A DNA stretch of 32,000 bases from Candidatus Nanopusillus sp. (GTDB lineage Archaea > Nanobdellota > Nanobdellia > Nanobdellales > Nanobdellaceae): the NCBI GenBank assembly GCA_046533775.1, contig JAWDOO010000004.1:1-32000 (forward strand), in the 5' to 3' direction. Numbering within the stretch: the stretch's first letter is position 1; every line of letters begins with the position of its first letter. Position numbers and translations under genes: made by a program. The notes under the pieces were generated by a model, which worked only from the letters and a program-made list of their open reading frames with translations, did no database searches and had not been told where the DNA came from. Shown here one piece after another: positions 24,964 through 32,000 of this stretch.

Positions 24964-26042
24964 TAATTATATTTCTTAAATAATTCTATATAATTTTCGC
25001 ATATTTTCTTTTTAATAATATTTCCATCATAACAAATACCAAATCCTCCGCCAGGTTCTTTTTTCCATTCATTTACAATATCTCCAAATGTCCAAATAAA
25101 TACTGGAATATTTGAATAAATCTTTTTTATATATTTTATTACTTCTTCAATATATTTATATCTAGTTTTTTCTTCTTCATAATTTTTAGCATATAGACCT
25201 GTTTCTGTTATCCAAATATCATTAACTCCAGATAATTTTTTATAGTGAAATATTACATTCTGAATATCTTTTGGATTATATGAATTTATTATCCTTAGTA
25301 ATTTGCTTCCAAGATAATTTTTTCCATGCAAATTAAATCCAAAAATTCCATAATAATTTATATCTAATACATTATAATAATTTCTCAATTTTTTAATTTG
25401 ATCTTCAGAAGATTTCAAGAATTTATTAAGTATTATTCCTATATTTGTTGGATAGAGAGAATAAACGTCAAAATGTATTATCTTTTCTCCTTTTAATTCA
25501 TCATAAATATATTCTTGTATTTCTTCTACATTTTTTAAAAATCTGTTTAGATAAAAGATTCCTTTTGGATTTATTTGGGTATTTATCAAATATGTATTTA
25601 TTGGCTCATTTATAGGAGATATATGTTTCACATAGCTAAATATTTCTTTTACATTTTCTATATGATTTATAAAATACTTGGGAAAATCTTTATCAAAAAT
25701 ACTTACCCAATTTCTTGGATATGTAAAATGTAATAATACCAATAATATGTCAATCCCCTGATCTCTATATTGTTCTAATAAATATAAAATATTTCTTAAT
25801 TTATTTTTATCTATTTTTCCATCTGAATTTTCTACGTATGATGGTAAATAAGATAGTCTAATATTTTTTATATTATATTGTAATGTTGAGAGTTCTATTA
25901 ATTTATCTAAATCTAATTTATTATCTAAATCTATATTAACTTTTCTATTATCTAAAAAACTATATTTTTTATAGATTATATCATTCTCCAGATTTGATTC
26001 TCTAGCAACCTGAACTAAACTATAGGATATACCTATAGTCAT
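24963..26042 (-). CDS. Miniaturised GH1-like (clan GH-A) glycoside hydrolase
   Basis: 359 aa. GH1-like landmarks appear in order: IRLSYLPSYVENSDGKIDKNKLRNILYLLEQYRDQGIDILLVLLHFTYPRNW, acid/base-type NEP (SPINEPINTY), nucleophile-type ITETG, and the C-terminal IWTFGDIVNEWKKEPGGGFGICY. Confidence 0.6.
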   Translation of the reverse strand: MTIGISYSLVQVARESNLENDIIYKKYSFLDNRKVNIDLDNKLDLDKLIELSTLQYNIKNIRLSYLPSYVENSDGKIDKNKLRNILYLLEQYRDQGIDILLVLLHFTYPRNWVSIFDKDFPKYFINHIENVKEIFSYVKHISPINEPINTYLINTQINPKGIFYLNRFLKNVEEIQEYIYDELKGEKIIHFDVYSLYPTNIGIILNKFLKSSEDQIKKLRNYYNVLDINYYGIFGFNLHGKNYLGSKLLRIINSYNPKDIQNVIFHYKKLSGVNDIWITETGLYAKNYEEEKTRYKYIEEVIKYIKKIYSNIPVFIWTFGDIVNEWKKEPGGGFGICYDGNIIKKKICENYIELFKKYN

Positions 26043-26146
26043 TGATATATATTATTTTTACTACTTATATAGGATACGGAATATTTATTATAAATTTTAT
26101 ATTTCCAACTTTTATTCCTATATTTATCAATGTAGTCATTATATAA

Positions 26147-27874
26147 ATGAAAAAGCTATCTTACTATATAATATTATTCTTATCCTCTGTTATAGTTCCT
26201 GAAATACCTTTTCTTATATTATTAATAAATACTCAATATATAAGTATCCAATATTTTTTAATATCTTCAATTCCAATCATTATAGCATTTATTTTATTAT
26301 CATATTTATTTAGAGATTCAATTACAAGAGATCCAAATCCAATGGGTATTTTTTACTATATATATAAATTATCTAAATATTTATTACCAATCTTTGGATT
26401 TTTTTATTATCTATCAATAATATCTTTTATTTCTTCGGAATTACTATTGATAAATGATTATTTCAAAATTATAAATCCATTTTTATTTTTAATACCATAT
26501 ATAGTAATATTTTCTTTTATAATACTTAATTTATTTAACATGGATATTGAAAGCAAAATACAGGAAATCATTTCATATACATCTATTATACCTTCTATTA
26601 TTTTAATTTTGCTTTTTATATTTCCAATAAATATGAATATCCAATATAGTTCTATAAATCCTTTTTTATTTACAATAGAATATAATACAACAATATTTTC
26701 TGGTCTAGATATACTTACATACTATTCTAATTATTCAAACAATAGAAAAACTGGAAACTCTACTTTTTATGGTACAATACTTCTATCAATACTTTCTATA
26801 TTATTATATATAAGTCTGTTAAATATTAAAATAGAAAATATTGGCAATATAATTTTTTTAATATTTTTACCAATTAGTATATATTCTACATATATATGGT
26901 TTTATACTGCAAATAAAATATTAGAAAATATATCGGAAAACAAATTATTACCATATTTCTTTAGAATAAAAAATAATAGAGATTCTCCAATTTTTAATAT
27001 ATTTCTATCCTCATCTATTATTTTAATATTTCTGTTTTTAAATAATTTTAATTATTTATTATCTTTTTTCTCATCCCTTACAATTATTATATATATATTA
27101 TATATAATATCTTATATAAAGATTAAAGTAGAAGGAAAAAACTTACATAAATGGAGATTGATAAAGATATTTATTGCTGTTTTTTCAATGACAGCTTTAT
27201 CTTATCTATTATTATATGACTTTCTAAGTAATATATATTCAATTATACTAACTTTTTCAATATCTATTATTATATTAATATTAACATTAAATATAACGTG
27301 GAAGAAAAATACAAAATTTATAAGATTCTACTTTTCTAAATTATATTTTATCCCATATTTAATTAGAAAAGCAAGATATAAAGAAGATATAAAGATAGTT
27401 GAATATTATATAAAAGACGGATATAAAATATTAGATTTTGGCCCTTTTCTTGGTGATATATCTATAAATATTGCAAAAAAATATAATGTAAAAGTTTATG
27501 CTCTAGATATATCTAAAAAAATTGTAAGAAAATTACAGAAAAGAACAAAAGATATGAAAAATTTTTTTGTATATATTGCAAAAAAGGATGAAATTCCAAA
27601 AATCTTCTATAAGGACATTGATTTAATAATTATATATGAAACATTAAAATTCATTATAGATAAGCATAAATTTGTAAAAAATATATATAGAACATTGAAA
27701 AATAATGGATATTTAATATCAATAACTTATGCAAGCTTTCTAGAAAGAAAAGATATAGAAGATGAAATTAAAAAAATGAGAGAATTACTTGAATACCATA
27801 ATATAAAGACTTTTTTAATAAAATCTCATAAAAGATTGTATACTAAATATATATTAATAGGTAAAAAAATTTAA
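26147..27874 (+). CDS. Fusion protein: APC-like permease domain plus C-terminal class I SAM-methyltransferase-like domain
   Basis: 575 aa. About 380 aa of TM helices contain APC-like stretches (FSGLDILTYYSNYSNNRKTG, NKLLPYFFRIKNNRDSPIFNIFLSS). These are followed by MTase motifs ILDFGPFLGD (degenerate motif I), VYALDIS, DIDLIIIYETLKFI and LKNNGYLISI. Confidence 0.55.
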   Translation: MKKLSYYIILFLSSVIVPEIPFLILLINTQYISIQYFLISSIPIIIAFILLSYLFRDSITRDPNPMGIFYYIYKLSKYLLPIFGFFYYLSIISFISSELLLINDYFKIINPFLFLIPYIVIFSFIILNLFNMDIESKIQEIISYTSIIPSIILILLFIFPINMNIQYSSINPFLFTIEYNTTIFSGLDILTYYSNYSNNRKTGNSTFYGTILLSILSILLYISLLNIKIENIGNIIFLIFLPISIYSTYIWFYTANKILENISENKLLPYFFRIKNNRDSPIFNIFLSSSIILIFLFLNNFNYLLSFFSSLTIIIYILYIISYIKIKVEGKNLHKWRLIKIFIAVFSMTALSYLLLYDFLSNIYSIILTFSISIIILILTLNITWKKNTKFIRFYFSKLYFIPYLIRKARYKEDIKIVEYYIKDGYKILDFGPFLGDISINIAKKYNVKVYALDISKKIVRKLQKRTKDMKNFFVYIAKKDEIPKIFYKDIDLIIIYETLKFIIDKHKFVKNIYRTLKNNGYLISITYASFLERKDIEDEIKKMRELLEYHNIKTFLIKSHKRLYTKYILIGKKI

Positions 27875-27878
27875 TATA

Positions 27879-28889
27879 ATGATAAATTATTTTGAATTAA
27901 AGAAATGGTATAATGATAATGCTGAAAAAATAAATAATTCAATAGTAAAAAATATATATAATATTGAAGATGGAATTGTTTTTGAATTATATAAACCTGG
28001 TTTAGAAAATAGATTTTTATATATAATACCAGGAAAAATTATTTTTCTATATAATGTTAAAGAAAGAGAAGAAATAAATAATTTTACACTAAAATTAAGA
28101 AAAGATTTTAATGAAACAAAAATAAATATTGAAATTGATAATAGCGATAAAATTATTATAATAAAAAATAATGAAAAAAAATTATATATAGAGCTTTTTC
28201 CAAATGGATTATTAATTGTAACTGATTATAATGATATAATTTTATATGCAAACCAATATAAGAACTTTGGAGTAAGAAAGATATTTAGAAATGAAAAATA
28301 TATAAAACCACCAGGTTCTGTAAATATTATAAATAATATAAATGAATTTTTTGAAAAAGTAAATAATACAAATAAAAAAGATGTTGTAAGATTTTTAGCA
28401 GTAGATCTATCTTTAGGAGGAAAGTATTCTGAATATATAATAAAAAAAGTAAATATTGAAAAAAATAAAAGTCCAAAAGAATTAAATAAAGAAGAAATAG
28501 AAAAAATATATAACATTTATAATGAAATAGTAAACTTAAAGATACTAATAGATGAAAATGGAAATATTATTGAAGATATTAATAAATATTTCATAAATCT
28601 TTATTTAAATAGTAGAGAAAATAAAAGAATAAGGAAATTAAATGAAGAAAAGGAAAAAATAAAAAGAATAATTGATGAACAGAAAAAATATTTAGAAGAA
28701 ATTAATAATGAAATTAATAAATTAGAGAAAATTGGTGAATTTTTAAACATATATTCATGGATATTTAAAGACTATAATGAAAATAGTATAATAAAAAATT
28801 TTAGAGAAATTAATATTAATATAGATATTAAAAGGGATAATAAATATTTAATTATTAATATAGACGATAAATATTTAGAGAATAAATAA
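27879..28889 (+). CDS. NFACT-N (Rqc2/NEMF/RqcH/FbpA-like) protein, N-terminal half only
   Basis: 336 aa. NFACT-N pattern: FELKKWYNDNAEKINNSIVKNIYNIEDGIVFELYK, FTLKLRKDF, LYIELFPNGLLIVTD, RKIFRNEKYIKPP. An HhH-like stretch LAVDLSLGGKYSEYIIKKVNIE and one coiled-coil helix follow. No NFACT-R region is present. Confidence 0.6.
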   Translation: MINYFELKKWYNDNAEKINNSIVKNIYNIEDGIVFELYKPGLENRFLYIIPGKIIFLYNVKEREEINNFTLKLRKDFNETKINIEIDNSDKIIIIKNNEKKLYIELFPNGLLIVTDYNDIILYANQYKNFGVRKIFRNEKYIKPPGSVNIINNINEFFEKVNNTNKKDVVRFLAVDLSLGGKYSEYIIKKVNIEKNKSPKELNKEEIEKIYNIYNEIVNLKILIDENGNIIEDINKYFINLYLNSRENKRIRKLNEEKEKIKRIIDEQKKYLEEINNEINKLEKIGEFLNIYSWIFKDYNENSIIKNFREININIDIKRDNKYLIINIDDKYLENK

Positions 28890-28982
28890 ATTCTTTTTTC
28901 TTTTATTTTTTATAAAATTTCATCTTTTAAAATTTATATATTTACCCAATAAATATATAAATTTTTTCAGTAAAAATTATTA

Positions 28983-29138
28983 ATGGCAGAACAATATATG
29001 GCATATTGTGTCAGATGTAAGAAAAAGGTACCAGTACAGAATCCTCAAAAGATTACATTAAAGAATGGAAGAACAGCAATAAAGGGAACATGTCCATATT
29101 GTAAGGGAACAGTATATGTATTCGTTAAGTCTGAATAG
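28983..29138 (+). CDS. Unannotated 51-aa zinc-ribbon protein (DUF5679-like)
   Basis: My translation: MAEQYMAYCVRCKKKVPVQNPQKITLKNGRTAIKGTCPYCKGTVYVFVKSE*. Two CxxC pairs about 26 aa apart. It resembles the small YCV(K/R)CK...KNGR.A.KG.CP.C family I recall as DUF5679. It is too short for the ORF track. Confidence 0.6.
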   Translation: MAEQYMAYCVRCKKKVPVQNPQKITLKNGRTAIKGTCPYCKGTVYVFVKSE

Positions 29139-29139
29139 G

Positions 29140-30897
29140 TTATTCATAATATATTCCTTTTTGTTTTTGTATAATATCTAATCTACTATTTTGTTTATTA
29201 ATTCTTGGTCTTTTTGTTTCTTTATCAGTTCTCATTGTTATATCTAATTGTTTTAAAAATATATTTAATCCTTCCTTATTTTCATATATACCCAGGGCTT
29301 TTCCATATTTGCCAGGTTCTCCTATAAATACTAAAATCCTATCAGAAATCCAATTCAAAAATATTAAATCATGATCTACAACTAAACATGCTTTTCCCCT
29401 AATTTTTATTATATCTCTTATAAATTTTGATAGAACTAATCTTTGTTCTATATCTAAATTTGCAAATGGCTCATCTATTAAATATAAATCTGCATCTTTT
29501 ATCAATGTACCAAAGGTATATACTGTTTGCAATTCTCCTCCAGATAATGTATTAACCTCTCTATCTAATAGATCAGAAATATTTAACATTGATAAATATT
29601 CTTTATAATTTTCTTTATACTTTTCATTAAAACTCTTCAAAAATTGATCTACAGTTATATTATAATTAGAAAAATCATAAAATTGTGGTTTATATGATAT
29701 TGTTAAATTTTTTGATATATTTCCTTCATATTTTATTTCTCCAGCTAAGGTTTTTACAAAAGTACTTTTTCCAATCCCATTTCTTCCTAATATTCCTATT
29801 ATTTCATTTTCCCTTATATATCCGGGATTTGCTTCAAGTCTAAAACCATCTAAATTTACTATAACATTTTCCCATTCAATAATCTTTTTTCCAAATTTTA
29901 CATCAGTATAACTTTTTACATCCAACCTTATCGGTTTATCCCTTATCTTTAAATTTTCTCTCTTTATAAATCCATCCAAATAATCATTTATACCTTCTTT
30001 TGCTCCAATAGGATATGAAAAAGCACCATATGCCTTTTGTACTCCATAAACAATATGTATTATATCAGAAATTGAATCTAAAAATAATAAATCATGATCT
30101 ATTATTAATATTGTATCTTTTTCCTTTATTTCATTTAAATTATTTAATATTCTTAATCTTTCATATATATCTAAATAATTTGTAACTTCATCAATTAATA
30201 ATAAATTATGTTCCTTATATACTGAATATATATATAATACTTTCTGAAATTCTCCTCCCGATAGATCTCCAATTTTTCTATCTAAAATATTTTCTATTTC
30301 AAATTTTTTTGATATTTCATCTAAATTATTTATAACTTTTGATAAAAATTCTCTAACTGTTTTTTCCTTTAACATATTTTTTATTTGAGTAATATTTTGA
30401 GGCTTATATGAAATTATTACTTTATTACTATATAATTTTTCAAAATATGATTGAAGTTCCGAACCTCTAAACTCTCTTATAATTTCTTTATCATCATATT
30501 TTTTACTAAAATCACCAAAATTTGGCTTTAATAAACCAGCTATTATATTTATTGCTGTACTTTTTCCCATTCCATTTCTTCCAATTATTCCAATAACTTT
30601 TCCTTCCTTAATTATTGGTAATCTATACAATCTAAATGTGTTTGGACCATATTGAAATACTGGTTTTTCATCAGGTTCTTTTGTTAAATTTATAATTATT
30701 ATTGCATTAAATGGACATTTCTTTACACATATTCCACATCCAATACATAAAGATTCATCAATAGTTGGTTTTTTATCCTGTAAAATATTAAATATTTTTA
30801 AATTATTTTTTTGAACAGGACATACTTTCATACATATGTAATCACATTTTTCAGGAGCCTTACATCTATCCCTATCAATTACAGCAATTCTTTTCAT
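29140..30897 (-). CDS. abce1: ABCE1 / RNase L inhibitor ribosome-recycling ATPase
   Basis: 585 aa. N-terminal 4Fe-4S ferredoxin motifs (CIGCGICVKKCP) and two ABC cassettes (GRNGMGKST / LSGGEFQ, GRNGIGKST / LSGGELQ). Confidence 0.97.
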   Translation of the reverse strand: MKRIAVIDRDRCKAPEKCDYICMKVCPVQKNNLKIFNILQDKKPTIDESLCIGCGICVKKCPFNAIIIINLTKEPDEKPVFQYGPNTFRLYRLPIIKEGKVIGIIGRNGMGKSTAINIIAGLLKPNFGDFSKKYDDKEIIREFRGSELQSYFEKLYSNKVIISYKPQNITQIKNMLKEKTVREFLSKVINNLDEISKKFEIENILDRKIGDLSGGEFQKVLYIYSVYKEHNLLLIDEVTNYLDIYERLRILNNLNEIKEKDTILIIDHDLLFLDSISDIIHIVYGVQKAYGAFSYPIGAKEGINDYLDGFIKRENLKIRDKPIRLDVKSYTDVKFGKKIIEWENVIVNLDGFRLEANPGYIRENEIIGILGRNGIGKSTFVKTLAGEIKYEGNISKNLTISYKPQFYDFSNYNITVDQFLKSFNEKYKENYKEYLSMLNISDLLDREVNTLSGGELQTVYTFGTLIKDADLYLIDEPFANLDIEQRLVLSKFIRDIIKIRGKACLVVDHDLIFLNWISDRILVFIGEPGKYGKALGIYENKEGLNIFLKQLDITMRTDKETKRPRINKQNSRLDIIQKQKGIYYE

Positions 30898-32000
30898 ACT
30901 AATTTAAATTCTATTTTACTTTTATTATTTATGGCTTCTAATATTTCTTTTCCTATTTCAGAATTTAGATCTAAAACAATTTTTCCCTTTTTATTTATCT
31001 TAAATTTTCCAATTAATTTCCCATTTATATATAATTCTACCTCCCTTTTCTTAAATAAATTATTAAACATTATTGTAAGATAATCTTTCGATATTTCATA
31101 ATCAAAATTTATGATTTCATTTAATTTTTCAGCATTTTTTATTTCAATTCTTAAATTGTATTTATCCCTTATACTCATCAGATACCTTTTTTCATTTCTA
31201 ATAAATTTTCTTTTAAGTTCTCTTGGAATATAAAATATTATTCTATCATCCATAACTTCTAAATAAATATTATTATATTTTCTTTTATATTCTATATTTA
31301 ATAAATCTTCTAAAAATCTTTGAATTCCAGATTTTAGTCTATATTTTTTAATTGGAACAACCATTATCTCTTCTCCAAAAGTATATATTTCATATTCCAA
31401 ATCATTTGTTAGAAAATCCCTTACTTCAACAACTGGCCTTGCCAGGTCTTCTTCCTTTAAACCATGTGGAATCTTAACAGTTAGATTTAAATAATATACC
31501 TTTTCTATTTGTCCTTTATTTATATATATTATTGTATCAATTATTTGGGGAATCAAACCAAGCTCTGTCCTTGATAATAACCTATGAACAATATCTATTG
31601 GCCTTTCAGCATGAGCGACACCAATCATTCCAATCCCTGCTAATCTTAAATCTATATATAATTTAAAGTCTCTAGTATCTCTCATCTCATCAAATATTAC
31701 ATAATCTGGTCTTGATAATAATAATATATTATGTATTTCTTCATCTGTAGAATAATTTTTTGAATATTGAATAATATCTGGAGATAATATTAAATCTCTT
31801 GGAGATTCCACTGTTTTAACAATCTTTTTCATACTTAAATAATATTCTGCTAGAGCCTGAGCAAATGTTGTTTTTCCAGAACCTGGTTTTCCAACAATTA
31901 TAATTCCTTCCGATTTTTCTTTTAGCCTTTCAATTATTTTTTCATTCAAATTGTAATCTTCTATTCTTAATATTTTTGATGGTTTAACAATTGTTATTTC
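30894..32000 (-). CDS. PilT-family ATPase with C-terminal KH-like region (COG1855-type), 5' end outside the window
   Basis: Walker A IIIVGKPGSGKTT and Walker B-like VIFDEMRD. The ORF-track start at 31949 is a TTG. The frame stays open upstream to base 32000 (…EITIVKPSKILRIEDYN-LNEKII…), so the true N-terminus probably lies beyond the window. In this family that region is usually a PIN domain. Confidence 0.75.
   Translation of the reverse strand, partial: EITIVKPSKILRIEDYNLNEKIIERLKEKSEGIIIVGKPGSGKTTFAQALAEYYLSMKKIVKTVESPRDLILSPDIIQYSKNYSTDEEIHNILLLSRPDYVIFDEMRDTRDFKLYIDLRLAGIGMIGVAHAERPIDIVHRLLSRTELGLIPQIIDTIIYINKGQIEKVYYLNLTVKIPHGLKEEDLARPVVEVRDFLTNDLEYEIYTFGEEIMVVPIKKYRLKSGIQRFLEDLLNIEYKRKYNNIYLEVMDDRIIFYIPRELKRKFIRNEKRYLMSIRDKYNLRIEIKNAEKLNEIINFDYEISKDYLTIMFNNLFKKREVELYINGKLIGKFKINKKGKIVLDLNSEIGKEILEAINNKSKIEFKLV

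Noticed and set aside
28226-28516. 96-aa ORF (-).
   Set aside because: It is antisense to the NFACT-N gene.
30811-31083. 90-aa ORF (+).
   Set aside because: It is antisense across the ABCE1/PilT-like ATPase junction.
1-32000. CRISPR arrays, rRNA genes, split-tRNA halves and transposases.
   Set aside because: I saw no regularly spaced direct repeats. The only GC-rich RNA-like islands are the two complete tRNAs. No transposase or integrase motifs appear in any long ORF.

Overview
This is an extremely AT-rich, tightly packed archaeal chromosome segment. Hand counts on single 60-nt lines give about 10-30% GC in most genes, while the two tRNA genes are GC-rich. Many adjacent genes overlap by 4 nt (ATGA). 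Together with scrambled operons, shortened proteins and a genomically encoded tRNA-Ile(UAU), this suggests a reduced-genome thermophilic symbiont of the Nanoarchaeota/DPANN type. That origin is an inference, not a database result.

Most of the window is informational housekeeping:
- rps10-nop5-fibrillarin, ArgRS, and aIF1A abutting tRNA-Trp.
- An NMD3-like / DUF424 / aIF2-beta run, followed by MCM with an RPA32-like OB-wH partner.
- EF-1alpha, IleRS, TBP, proteasome beta, aCPSF1, thymidylate kinase, a type IA topoisomerase, ABCE1 and a PilT-like ATPase cut by the window edge.

Accessory or unusual content:
- Two tandem mini prepilin-like genes with glycosylation-sequon tails.
- An unannotated 42-aa acidic Trp-rich ORF.
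- A higher-GC segment next to tRNA-Ile carrying an MFS transporter, followed by 620 bp of apparently decayed DNA.
- A 481-bp gap containing a perfect 26-bp inverted repeat.
- vapBC next to a DUF4234-like membrane protein.
- A miniature GH1-like hydrolase coupled to the topoisomerase.
- A permease-methyltransferase fusion, a half-length NFACT (Rqc2/RqcH-like) protein, and an unannotated zinc-ribbon ORF.

No rRNA, CRISPR array or recognisable transposase/integrase was seen. All family assignments come from motif recognition by eye; no searches were run.
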